Source of the DNA: Felis catus
Lineage: Eukaryota
Reading direction: 5' to 3'
Assembly: GCF_018350175.1 (NCBI RefSeq)
Contig: NC_058368.1
Location: forward strand, 61,444,001-61,508,000
Length of the DNA: 64,000 nucleotides
Part shown: positions 38,830-51,439 of the stretch, one piece after another
Position numbering within the stretch: position 1 is the first letter of the stretch
Layout of the letters: each line of letters begins with the position of its first letter
Notes under the pieces: generated by a model
Database searches by the model: none
Seen by the model: the letters and a program-made list of their open reading frames with translations, nothing else
Told to the model about the DNA's origin: nothing
Program-made: the position numbers and the translations under genes

Positions 38830-41050
38830 TGGAGGGAGAGTGGGAGAGTTTTCTGCAGGCTTTTCTGATCTCTGTGGACAATCATGGCAGGCCCATAGTG
38901 CCGTCTAAATTAGAAGTCACAGGCAGCAGCTTTTAAGTACAGATAAAATTCTTTCAAGGAAAGACAGAGATGGGGAATTTTGCCAGATCCCTCTGCACTG
39001 AGACCTGGGAGGATAGCCATAGCAAGTACACTCAGGCCTGTGAAGAATTGTTTCTTTGCATGCTATAGTTTTGTGGTCTTGTAGATACCAGCCCCATTGC
39101 TTGCAGAAGTGGGTGTTTTGGGAGACTATCCCTCTGGAGGTAGTCTTAAAAGTTGGTGTGTTAGATGTACAGTCCAAACTCTTTACTCCTCAGGGAGAAG
39201 ATGGGAGTTGATGGGTCCCTGCTGGTTGTGTGGCACTGTGTGGAGGTGGGGTTTATGGCAAGAATGTATCTCAGATTTTCCTACCTTTTGGATGTAGGTA
39301 TTGTCTTCTTCAAATGATATGTGGGAGTCAATCAGCTAGTATTGGGCTCTCTTTCAGAGGGAATTCCTTCATGTGTAACCACATTTTCGTACCTCTGTGG
39401 GAGGAGAGATGCTCAGGAGCCTCTGGCACTGCCATTTTGGTTGACTCTTGCAAGGCCCTCATTATTTTGGTCATTTTATTTTTGTTTGCACTTTTTTCTC
39501 AATCTCAGTCTTTTGAATGGTATATTTTGAAAGTTCACATTTAAAGTAATTATTGACATGTTTGAGTTTGACATTTATTATTTGTCTTCTGCTTCCTTCT
39601 ATATCTTGTTTCTTGTTTTTATTATTTCTTGCCTTTCCATGGGCTACTTGAACCTGTCTCTTAGAATTCCTTTTTTATGTGTCTATAGTGTTTTGGAATA
39701 TATATTAATGTGTGTTTTTATTCTCTTTGTGGTTGCTTTAGTTATGAAAATACACAGATACAGTCATTTCCCTGTCTCTGTGGATGATCCCCAGTGGATG
39801 CCTGAAACCCCAGATAAATACTGAGCCCTGTAGAGTTTTTTTTCTCATATACATACATAGCTATGATAAAGTTTAACTTCTAAATTAATCACAGTAAGAG
39901 ATTAACAATGGAACTAATAATAAAATAGAACGATTGCAAAAATATACTGTAATAAGTTCCATGGATATGGCCTGTCTCTCAAAATATCTTATTGTACTGT
40001 CCTCACCCTTCTTGTGATGCTGTGAGAGGGTAAAAGGGCTGTGTGATGAGATGAAGTGAGGCAAGTGACCTAGGGTGTGACTGCTATTGACCTTCTGATA
40101 ATCTGTCAGAAGGACGATCATCTGTATCCAGACTGCAGTGGACCATGTATAACTGAAACCACAGAAGGTGACACTGGGGACTAAGGAGGAGAGCTGTAGT
40201 TTTCATGCAGTGAGCATGTCTTTATTTTCCCTTTCATTCTTCCTCTTTTTTAATTGATTGATCAATATATAGATAAATTTGAACGTAGAATTCTAAGTTG
40301 GTAGCTCCTTTCTTTTAATATTTGAAAAAAAGTGTCACTCTCTTCTAACTTCCATGTTTTCAGATGAGAATCTTCAGTCAATATAATCATTGTTTCTTTA
40401 TAGGTCATGCATCTTTTATTTTTTCATGATACGAAGATTTTTTTTTCTTGTTTTTACTTTTCTGCAATTTGATTAGTGTCTGTCATCAGGAGGATTTCTG
40501 TGAATTTTTCCTGTTTGGGATTTGCACTGTTTCTTGAGACTATTAGCTTATGTATTATGACTTTCATAAAACACGTGAATTGTTAGCCATTATCTCTTCT
40601 AGTTATGTTAGCCATTATCTCTTCTATCTTATCCCTATCTCTAAGCTCCACATTTTTCTCTTTTCCTCCTAGGATTCTGAGGACATAAATGTTATGTATT
40701 TTATATTATCTTATAAACTTTGGGGACTGTTTTCTTTTCCTGTCCATTTTCTCTTTCTTACTCAAATAAGATAATATTTATCGATGGGTTTTGAGTTTAC
40801 TCATTATTTCCTGTTGTTTCTAATGAGTCTGTGCAATGAGTTCTTAATTTTGCTTATTTTACTTCCATACTTTTACTTATTTTTTTCATAATTTGTATTT
40901 TGGCTGAACTTTTTAAAATGTTTTAATTACTTTCAAGAGTGTTTGTATTTGCATGGTGCAGCATAAATAAGTGGCTCGTTTGACATAGCCATTCTGAATA
41001 TCAGAGTTGTTTCAAATCTGAACATTCCACATATCTATTGATTAAAATAT
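38830..41050 (-). mobile_element. Old L1M 5'UTR and ORF1 fragments, interrupted by Tigger2a
   Basis: gccattttgg L1 5' motif at ~39430; ORF1-like tagaattctaagttgg and gatgagaa motifs. Confidence 0.6.
39761..40196 (+). mobile_element. Tigger2a-type non-autonomous Tc1/mariner element
   Basis: cag...ctg ends with TA TSDs; internal ccccagtggatgcctgaaacc and cacagtaagagattaacaa match Tigger2. Confidence 0.88.
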
Positions 41051-41150
41051 ATTCTTTCTTAAAAAGTTTATTAGTTTTTATTCTTTAACTTGAGAATTAC
41101 CAGTGTCCTATAATGGAATAACAACTTTGATTTTCTATGTTGTTATTCTA

Positions 41151-41151
41151 C

Positions 41152-41201
<50 letters not shown>
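41151..41201. repeat. (TA)n microsatellite
   Basis: Directly visible. Confidence 0.9.
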
Positions 41202-41203
<2 letters not shown>

Positions 41204-44200
41204 ATTCTGGTGTACATGTTGTCTTTATACTGAGCAACTTGTTTTTGTATAAATCATATAATAGAATCCTGAATTGTTTTCAGGTCTATTATTAATAATG
41301 ATAGAAAATATGTTGTTAATGCTTTTGCAGTACGTGATATGTTCTAGGTGCAAACCTCACAATGATGTAAATAATCACACTGATTTAAAAAATTCATGCT
41401 TCTAATAAACAAAACAATGTTCTCTTATCAATTCTTACTTTGTAAATTCTCCTCATTTCTTATTTGTTCTCCTCCCACTTCTTCTTTCCTTTGTGATCTG
41501 GGATTAGCCTATAGAAAACCATCATACACTTTCTTTCTTTGGAAATGTGCAGGGGGTTACTGATTATCTCTAAAAATGAAACTATTATCTCTACTGGATA
41601 GAAAAGAATTCTCTGTTCTTTTTTCAAGTAATACTAATAAACATTGTCTCTGCTCCAGTAGCTGAGGATTTGGCTTTTTGAATACTTTTTACCCATTAAC
41701 ATGCTGGTAATGTATGAAAAACTTAGTATAACTTGAAGAAAGTCATTTTTATACATTGTTTTTCCATTAATAAACACTTATATGTGTGTGGAAGCATTTG
41801 CTTTTAAATTTTACAAATGTTTCATAGGAGAACAACCATAGTGAATTTGTGCATATAAAATATCATCTTTGTTGACTTTTTTAAATAGCTTCCCTCTTTT
41901 TTTTTCTCCTGACTGATGATATTCCTGGTGATATTTTATGCAATAACCAGGTGCAACTGTTCCTGAAAATGGAGAAACTTCTTAAATATTTAGAGACTAA
42001 ATCTTTCTTTTAAGAAGTATCTTTGCAAGATTTATTTTAGTTGATCACAGCTACTAGGTAGTTAGCTAGGTATGGAAGTAAAAAAAAATAATAATGCAGG
42101 CTAAAAGGCTAGATGTTAATTTTGTTGACTTTAACAATTAGTAGTGGCTTGCTTCCAGCTACAAGTAGCCATTAAACTTAAAGAGGGTAAAGCTGCCAAG
42201 GATTTTGCTTAGAGCCTGTTAAGTTCAAAAATAAAATGGCCGTTAGTTCACTGCTGATGACAAGATATTTCACTATAGCTTAGGCCTGCTAAAGCTTTTA
42301 CACATTCTTAAATATATTTCATTGCTACTTGGAAAATACTTATTTTGTAAAGAAAGCAAAACATCTTTCTATTATTAATTCCAGCTCAATCAACATAGTT
42401 GGGTGTTATGATCACTAATTTTCCATAAATGTATGTGTTGTATCACAGTTATAGGAAAATTTACATAGTTGTTGCAATATGCATCCACTTGTCAAAAATG
42501 TTCCTATAGGCAAACCAACATATGTATAGTAAGAATAACTTCATAAATTTTAAAGCACCTAGTAACATAAAACTTTTTATAGGGCCAGTCTTTTTTCTCT
42601 TTCAAATTGTCTTTCAAGGTACATTCTCCACAAAGTATATCAGAAGACACATCCATAGTCTGTTGGTTTCTCTACCTCTATCTCAGTATATCTGCATCAT
42701 TCAGTACTTACTTTTCTCTGAGTATCTCTGAGTATTTCCTATGCCTTTCTTTTTTGTAGTAAGTCAAAACTTATTTCTAGGTCTTTTGGGATAAGTTTAC
42801 CCTAATCTTGAAAGTAAATAAATTTATACTGATACATTAAAATTTGCAGCAAGAATTTCTGTATGACTTTGCATTCATAAAGTCAATGACATTTACAAGT
42901 TAAATAGAATTAATCTTTAAGATATATATCTAACTTTGCATTATAATTAATACTCAAGGGTAAATGCTTTGAAGTAGGTAGTTTTCCTAGGCCTCTGTTT
43001 TCATTATAGGTCACATTGCTTTTAATAGAAATGTGTATGTGTTTAAAAATTACAAATGTAATGAACCTGTTTGTAACATCATATCTAGCAAACTGTTTGA
43101 AGTAAACTGAAATTTACTGAGGTGTATCAGTGTCCTTTCTAAAAGCTCAAGTAGGAATATTGCATATATGGAGTGGAAGGAGAAAAATGGTATCCTTGTT
43201 TTTCTGATGCAGATGAGGTGCTATCAGACTGATTTCAAAATTTTTATTTTAACATTTGCTATACTTGAAATTCAATTTATTATTGTTATATTCTAACTCT
43301 TTTAAATAATTGTACTTATATTATTTATAAGGTAGTATTAAATTTGCATAGCTGTACTTTTCTGTAAATAACATATTCTTTTTCATCATTATTTGGAGTT
43401 TGGTGAGAAATGTACTTGAATTAAATAATGCACACATTTTTGGTTCATTGTTCCAGTTTATATAAGATACTCAGAGAAAATTAGCCCATTAAAAATATAC
43501 AATGTGTGTAGTATAGAGAGATATGATTTAAACAGCCAGGATGACTATCAAGAAAAAAAAATATGCAGATATTTTTTAAGAAAAAGAAATATATGCATAT
43601 ATTTAGAGAGTTGCAACCAGGGGTTTCATGGTTTGATATGCAGAAATCTCTGCATTCTAAGGAGGCTTGCATGGCTTATATAATAATACTTTTATGAATG
43701 AAAATGAAATATGGATGGAATGGAAGTGATCAATTTTGGCTTGATTTTATTTACTTCCTCTTCTGAATGACCTTTTGCTTACTATCCAGAAATCCAAAAC
43801 CTTCTAGATGTAGTTTGTTTTTTTTTTTTTTTTTCCATTTCTTTTTCCAACATAATACATACAGGAGTCCCATATAAATATACCCATGAACAACCAAATC
43901 TAAATGAGCGGAAAAACTGTGCTGACAACATATACACTGGTTGGAGCCCTAGTTGAACTCGCATTTTGATTGTTTAGATGATAAAATTCTGTTATGTATG
44001 TAATAAAGAGAAATACCATCTGATAAATTCCTAACCTAAAGTTCGCTAGTGTGCCTGACAATATAAGATGTTGAGAAATTCAGTTGCTACTCCTTTGCCA
44101 TCTTCCAGAAGGAGTTAATAAATTGGATAATTAACTCTTATGTTTCAAAGCCTGTGTTCTTATTACTCATGGACTTTAATAAGCATTCATAAGAAAAATA

Positions 44201-44268
44201 AAAATTCTCAGGGAAATTATATCTCTAATGTTGATAAGTGAACTGCCCATTAAGAGTAACATCTCATT

Positions 44269-44495
44269 GGGGTGCCTGGGTGGCACAGTCGGTTAAGTGT
44301 CCGACTTCAGCCAGGTCACGATCTCACGGTCCGGGAGTTCGAGCCCTGCGTCGGGCTCTGGGCTGATGGCTCAGAGCCTGGAGCCTGTTTCCGATTCTGT
44401 GTCTCCCTCTCTCTCTGCCCCTCCCCCGTTCATGCTCTGTCTCTCTCTGTCCCAAAAATAAATAAACGTTGAAAAAAAAAATTAAAAAAAAAAAA
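44269..44495 (+). mobile_element. Young felid SINE (SINEC_Fc type)
   Basis: Near-identical to 11527-11746; perfect 16-bp TSD aagagtaacatctcat at 44252-44267 and 44496-44511. Confidence 0.97.
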
Positions 44496-46044
44496 AAGAG
44501 TAACATCTCATAAAAATGCTAGGAGAAAAAAAAAGTGGTTTAGCTGTGTTAATGAATAATTAGAGGATAAGCAAAGAAATGCAAAATAAATGTGAGGCTA
44601 GCAACTAATGTGTTTTTATTCAACATGATACCTTTTATTTATGGTATAATACATATTTTATATGCTATTCTGAAGATGTGCTAATTGAAACTTGGCATCT
44701 GGTAGAAAATAAAGAAAATATTTTAAAGATCTAAGTTTTATATATTAATCTAGGTCACAATGAATCTAAAGGGGAAAAATCAAAGATTACTAATTTGGCT
44801 TAAAACCTTTCTGTTTTCTAATATTAAGAACTACAATGGAAATATAACATTTTATTTTATGTGAAACTTAGATTTTCCCATAAAAGCATAATTATTTAAA
44901 CTCTCTTGGTTTCCTACATGACTCTGTGTCAATTTATTGTTATTTTCACAAAATTTATGTGATCATAAAATGCAAACATATGTTTATTAAATTATGTTAT
45001 GACTACTGATATAGTTTTGAAAGAGTGTTATAAATTTTGGGAAATGCTATAAATGTTTTGGGCTTAGTCATTTCCTTTACACTAACTGGGGAAATTTTAA
45101 ACTGGCATGTGAAATAGTTTTAGTATCCACAATGAATGAGGTTCTCTATAATGGCAACTTAAATATTTAATTTCCAAGATCATTTTTTACTTTAAAATTT
45201 GGACTTAACAGTAAATTGTGTTAATGAATGAACCCCTTGTTACCTGCAAACCTCCTAAGGAAATTAATGCATTTTTTGTGCATTTATTGCTTTTATACCC
45301 TTATCTATAACAGATGTAATGGCTTTTTGTAAGATTTTAATTTAAATGGTTCAGTGTGGTATAAAACACCAGTATGATAATAAATTTTTCAACAATATTA
45401 GTATATTTATAGCTAAATTAAGACATTTAAGTCTGTTGTTCAGTTATATACATTATAAAGGCATACATTGTTATAAAAAAGTTTGTAAATAGTGAAGAAT
45501 AAAAATAACAAAATGTTATTAGAATATAGTTTGTTTTTGCACAAAATATGTGTATATATTTATCAATATATATATAATCTGCTTTATAGACATGTGAATG
45601 ACTAATTCATTTATTTATAATAACTGTATATATAATTTTACACAAATATATATAATTATATAATGATTACATTATATATAAATCTAAATTATATATATAA
45701 TTATAAATTATATATATATATATAGTATGTATAATTAAAAGCAAAATATATTTTCTACCTGGTTGCAGAATTTCCTTATCACTTACTGATAGCTGTTTAA
45801 CTATGTGTGCTTTTGTGCTGATTCTGCTATACTCTGAATTAATTTTAGTAAGTTTTTCTTACTGTTAAAAATATGCTAATTTCCTCTAGATGCCATTTCA
45901 GTTTAAATGTTATCACTTTACATGCAACTGCAAATTCATAGCTGTGTATCATCTTTGCACATCAATTAATTGTTGTTAACCTTGATATAAAAACCAGTAC
46001 TCAAGAAAAGAACACTTTCAATATTCTTTTCTCTAAATTAGGTT

Positions 46045-46246
46045 ATTTTTTTAAACTTTTTTGTTTGTTTTTGAGAGACAGAGTGAGAGAAAGCAGGGAG
46101 GGGCAGAGAGAGAGGGAGATAGAGAATACCAAGTGCTGTACACCTAGCACAGAGCCTGATGTGGGGATTGATCTGATGACAACAAGATCATGACCTTTGC
46201 TGAACTTAAGAGTTGGACACCTACCCGACTGAGCCACCAGGCACCC
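46045..46246 (-). mobile_element. CAN-SINE
   Basis: SINE body; TSD ctctaaat(t/g)a(g/a)gtt. Confidence 0.9.
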
Positions 46247-47708
46247 CTCTAAATGAAGTTTTAATGTGGACATCAAATTCAGTATATTATAAATATGAAG
46301 ATGTCTTTTACACCTGAAGAATTTTTGTGGTTCTCATAGTATTGGGTAACAAGAAATATTTGCTCACTCACATTATCGCCTACCTTGACATGATATTCAT
46401 CAGTAATGAAGAATGGAAAAATAGTTGTGTAAATACATATTTTATGTGCTCCCTGTTTAAATAGACCAATATTACTGTGAGAGATGTGCAGTTTATAAAG
46501 CCCATGATATGTAAAATAAAAAAAAAAATCACCAAAAATCTAATTATACTCAGATAAAACTGTATGGAATGAATGTATTTTAGCAGTTATATACTTTTCA
46601 AGATGGACAACTGCATATTCCTGTTCAGGTAAAAAGATACCACAGTAACATTCAATAAGGTAACTTCTAAAAAGTTTTATTTTTTAGGTTGAAAATACCT
46701 TTGTAAAGAGGCAGCAGTTTTAGCACACACTTTATAGCATGACCCCATAGAGACCCATACTTTCCAGTCATTATAAACTAAAAGCCAGACATCGAGTCCT
46801 CTAAAAGAAAAATAAAGGTAGTTTGGAATCTCCAAATCCAGGGCTTCATTGAGGACTCTTCATTGTTCACACTTCTGAATATAGGCTTCTAGTGTAAATG
46901 AACACTGTCATCACAAACTTACACTTGACTGTTCCAGGGGAATTAATCAGGATTTGAAGGACAATTTTGGTCCAGAAGTTGACTTCATGAAAGTAGATTG
47001 TTGATCTAAGAGCCAGGGGAACAAAGTTTCATCATGTAGGAATTAATACAACTAATGAGGGAAATCTAAATGCTTTTATAATATCAATTATTGATTTTAG
47101 ATTAATACTACTGTAGTTTTTTTAATTTCTATGTTTTATGATAGGCACCTGAGAAAGCAATTGTTCTTTCTCCTTGAGCTCTCTCTAACCTTCCACTGAG
47201 CAGTCTATATTTGTGCAATATGGAATAAAGACATTTTTGAATGATATGTTTCAACTCAGCACTCAGAATGTAGGAAAATATCTGTAAAAAGTCTTAATAT
47301 TATAAACTCATTAATTATAAGAGGAATACAAGGATGATCATTCTTTAGATTCATGTCACATATTCAATAGCTTGTTTTGAAAACATTCCACAACATTGGC
47401 CAAGATATCTTTGTCAGATCTCTTAACTCTTAATCTACATGGGTCTATGATAGAAGGAAACTAAGAAATAATTCCTGGAATGAATTAATGTTATTCAACT
47501 AGTCTATTTAACACCAAAAATAAAATATTAATGCAGGGGAGACTGAAAAGGTTCTCACTCATAGTACTGGATGCCATCTTTGTTTGGTATACATGGCTCC
47601 AACTTGATTTTTCAGCTGAAAATGTGTACCACACTTCGTAGCCCTTAAAGAATCACTGTCTGTCAGATTTGATTGATCAGGAGAGTTTATATAAAATTCA
47701 CAACTTAT

Positions 47709-47920
47709 TGGGGTAGCTGGGTGGCTCAGTCGGTTAAGTGTCTGAGTTAAGCTCAGTTCATGATCTTGTGGTTTGTGAGTTTGAGCCCTGCGTGGCTCTG
47801 TGCTTAAAGCTTAGAGCCTGGAGCCTGCTTCGGATTCTGTGTCTCCTTCTCTCTCTGCCCCTACCCCCGCTTGTGCTCTGTCTCTCTCTGTCTCTCAAAA
47901 ATAAATAAATGTAGAAAAAA
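47709..47920 (+). mobile_element. Felid CAN-SINE
   Basis: SINE body; TSD tcacaacttattg. Confidence 0.92.
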
Positions 47921-48034
47921 AATCACAACTTATTGTGCCAGCAATCAGCCTAAGTCAGCAAGTAGGACACACTGTATTACATTACAGTAATTTAGCTGGT
48001 TACAAGAATCTAATGATACAAGAATTTGAAAACA

Positions 48035-48234
48035 GGAGCACCTGGTGGCTCAGTCTGTTAAGCATTCAACTCTTGATTTTGGCTCAGGTCTTGATCTCAT
48101 GGTTCATGGGATTGAGCCCCACCATTGGCCTCTGTGCTGACAGCATGGAGTCTGCTTGGGATTCTCTCTCTCTACCCCTCCCCCACTCGTGTGCACTCTC
48201 TGTCTCTAAAATAAATAAAAATAAGCATAAAACA
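48035..48234 (+). mobile_element. CAN-SINE
   Basis: SINE body; TSD aatttgaaaaca. Confidence 0.9.
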
Positions 48235-48399
48235 TAATTTGAAAACAAAAGAAATAAACCATGTAGCTTTATTTTTCATACAAAAATATATGTATTTGGC
48301 TGTTATATGTCCTAGCTATGCTTTTATTTGAATAGACAGACTTCATAAACACACTTCTGTCTCACATACAGATACAAATTTATTCCTGTTTGACTGTGA

Positions 48400-48960
48400 T
48401 CCTGTGAGACCTATTACATGCCTAACATATGTCAGAAGCTATACTAGATATTTGACAAATATTATTTCATGCAAGCTTTTCGAGGTAGACATTATCGTTA
48501 ATTAAAGAAAAAGAAAAGGGCTCAGAGAGTAAGTAACTTTTTCATGATTACATATCTAGTAACTTGTAGTACGGAGTATTAGATTCTCTTTGCTCACATT
48601 CCTTTCGTTCATCATTATATTTCAATTTTCCTTTCACTCAGCATTTATTGCTGTTCTCTTTTGGAAAGGCACTTGATATGAGTGGCCACCTGTGTTGTAT
48701 GATGTAAAATCTATTCAAAGTGCTCTGTATAACACATAATAAGATGTATTTTGAACCCAAACTAACAGGCTTGGAATCCCATCTCCACCACTTTTAACTT
48801 CTGTGGCCTTAAGTTCCTTAACCTCTAATTCCACAGCTATAGAGTAGAGCTAGAAATAATTCCATCCTCATGGCATTTTTATGAGGATCAATTGAAAACA
48901 CATGAAGTACTTAGGCCTATGTCTTCCATGTGGGGAGTGCTGCATGATTATCGTTCATTA
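48400..48960. mobile_element. Two MIR fragments
   Basis: ggctcagagag.taagtaactt..catg.ttaca (~48520) and aatcccatctccacc.ctt...tgtggcctt...tgaggat (~48780-48890). Confidence 0.6.
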
Positions 48961-49167
48961 TTATTGTTGCTATACTTGTTAATATCATAACACTCAGTAG
49001 TGATGTATGTTGGTACACCTGCCAGAGAATTCATTTGTATTTCCTTGAAGAATGGAAAGGAGAGACCTTGTTAGGACATACTTTGCTCTGAGATTTTCAA
49101 CTCCAGTATTTGTTCTAGCCAAGTTCCAAAGAATAATTGATTTAACAACATAAGAAAAAACATCTTA

Positions 49168-49289
49168 AACACACTATTTTTATAGTCTTTTTTTTAATTA
49201 AGTAAGTTCTGTGCCCAACGTGGGGCTTTAACTCATGACCCCAAGATCAAGAGTCACATGCTCTACCGACTGAGCTGGTCAGGCACCCC
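49168..49289 (-). mobile_element. Short CAN-SINE lacking the (CT)n region
   Basis: tRNA-like head; TSD taagaaaaaa(c/t)atctta at 49151-49167 and 49290-49306. Confidence 0.88.
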
Positions 49290-50189
49290 TAAGAAAAAAT
49301 ATCTTATAAAGTAGTTATTTAACCTAATTTATTACCATCTAACTAAAAGACCTAAAAATTACCTGAAAATATTCCCTTTTGAAGCAAATACTTTCTATAA
49401 TAAATGTGTACCAGCAAAATTAGAATTTGAAAGCAGATTATTTAAGGTAAGAATCTCAAAATAGTATTTTAAACTACCTTTAGGTAAACAGAATATAAAT
49501 AGGCCTCCTTTTCACAAAGGCACTTGTGACTTCTCATTGCCCTTATGTAAAAAAAAATGTTTTTAAACTTGTTTCAGTTTCTCAATTCAACCAGCTATAT
49601 AACCTCTCCATTCAGTGCTCTGCCTCCTTGTCTACACTGATATATTCAAACATTGTTGGAACAAAAACTGTGGACAATTTGACACTAAGTATAGACAAAC
49701 ATGTGCAATTTTTGTTTGGTTCTTGGAGGATGTATGCTGTTATGGGCATGACTGTGACAAAGGAAAGCTTTTTTCTGTAGGCTGTGCAACATGGGTATAA
49801 TATAGTTTACCGTTGGCAGCCACACTGGCCCAGTCCGAGATGAAGAAATATTATGTATATAGTAACATAAATAGTTTTTGGGTATTAATATGTAAGAAGT
49901 CATGATCAAAGCATATGAAATGGTATGTAAAGTCAAAGAGTAGCATGATAGCGGTATATTCAATTTAAATTTCAGTTATTCCAAATAAATAATGTACTGG
50001 ACTATGAAACAAAAAATTAAGAACTATAGTTTTTTTACAATCTAAGAAAATTAAAATTCGCAAATATGACTTGTCATCGCTCAAGTAAATCTCTCTCTTA
50101 AGCTGTTCTCTTTACCAAAATCATGAGTCCTCCTGACCTACTTACCACTCAGTGATCCATTGGTTCTCAGTTTAACTGTCATTTCTTTC

Positions 50190-50403
50190 TTTTTTTAAAT
50201 ATTTTTTAACGTTTATTTATTTTTGAGAGAGAGAGAGACAGAGTATGAGCAGGGGAGGGGCAGAGAGCGAGGGAGACACAGAATCTGAAGCAGGCTCCAG
50301 GCTCTGAGCTGTCAGCACAGAGCCCAACATGGGGCTGAACTCACAGACTGTGTGATCGTGACTTGAGCTGAAGTCAGAACCAACTGAGCCACCCATGTGC
50401 CCC
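50190..50403 (-). mobile_element. Felid CAN-SINE
   Basis: SINE body; TSD aact(g/a)tcatttctttc. Confidence 0.92.
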
Positions 50404-51204
50404 AAACTATCATTTCTTTCAATCTGTTTATTTCCTTTTCCCATGGTGTGATATCAAATTATATACCTTGTTAATCTATGGATTTGCTTGTGTTTTCTGT
50501 TGGACTGCATTATGTATAATGAGAAAATCTTATTCACTTCTCTTTCCCCTTGGTTATCACGTACTTATCACGTAGTAGGTTCTTTAAATCGTGTGTTTGG
50601 CTATGTAAAAGTAGAACTCTATTTCTATAACCACATTTGATTTTAGGTGATTAGATTCTCCATAATTCAGATTTCTCTGTTCATGCTTGCCCTTGTGTTG
50701 ATCTATATGCATTGCTATGGCCCTACCAAGAAGGGATAGTCAGGTCCTTAGCTATTTATTTTATATGTGCAGGCATCAATTATGGCATTTTTATTCCCCA
50801 AAATCTTCAATAGGAAACTTCATGTAAATGCTTAATAAAAAATATATATTACATCAAATCATGGATCCATAAAATATTTTCAGATATACAAAAATTAAAA
50901 GAATTAATCACCAGCAGGTCACACTACAAGAAGTGTTAAGCCAAACCCTCAGGCAGAAGGAAGATGACACTATATGAAATATGTATCTACACAAGGAATG
51001 GGGAGTGCTGGAAGTGGAAACTACATTAATGAATATGGCAACTTTTTCTTATAATTTAATACCTATTAAAAGAGAATTATTATTTAACTGAAAATAACAG
51101 CAATGTAGTTTGGTGTTCATATCATGTATAAAATTAAAAGGGGTGATAACATTAATAAAAATTTCAAAAAGATAAAAATGCAAAGAAAATATTTAAATGT
51201 TCTT

Positions 51205-51439
51205 TTTTAAAATGTTTATTTATCTCTGAGAGACAGAGACAGAGAGAGTAGAGAGAGTCAGAGAGAGGGAAACACAGAATGCGAAGCAGGCTCCAGGCTC
51301 TGAGCTGTCAGCACAGAGCCTGACGCACGGCTCAAACCCGTCAGCACAGAGCCTGACGCACGGCTCAAACCCACAAGCCCTGAGATCATGACCTGAGCCA
51401 AAGTTGGATGCTTATCTGACTGAGCCATCCAGGCACCCC
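51205..51439 (-). mobile_element. Felid CAN-SINE with internal 33-bp tandem duplication
   Basis: SINE body; TSD gaaaatattt...gttctt; duplicated unit at 51307-51372. Confidence 0.92.

Larger units (their letters stand above)
1..47659 (-). pseudogene. Putative decayed multi-exon polycystin-1-like (PKD1L/PKDREJ-type) gene remnant; may extend to ~57660 and beyond the left edge
   Basis: Minus-strand segments bounded by AG and GT or near-GT at 47659-47559, 47005-46923, 46800-46699, 43988-43783, 34865-34355, 19048-~18975, 8407-8298, 7575-7544+749-706 and 615-downstream. Translations give GPS-, TM1-, PLAT- and TM2-like motifs in the family's order, with stops and frameshifts. By-eye comparison with remembered family motifs only. 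Confidence 0.45.

Noticed and set aside
42619..42758. Plus-strand exon candidate (ctttcaag / gtaagt)
   Set aside because: No recognisable protein and no coherent plus-strand model could be built.
43865..43956. Plus-strand terminal exon reading GVPYKYTHEQPNLNERKNCADNIYTGWSPS
   Set aside because: Its polypyrimidine tract is a poly(T) run, I recognise no protein, and it overlaps the better-supported minus-strand segment.
49615..49850. Plus-strand WD40-like reading (GSHTGPV)
   Set aside because: Single short motif with stops around it and no WD repeat spacing.
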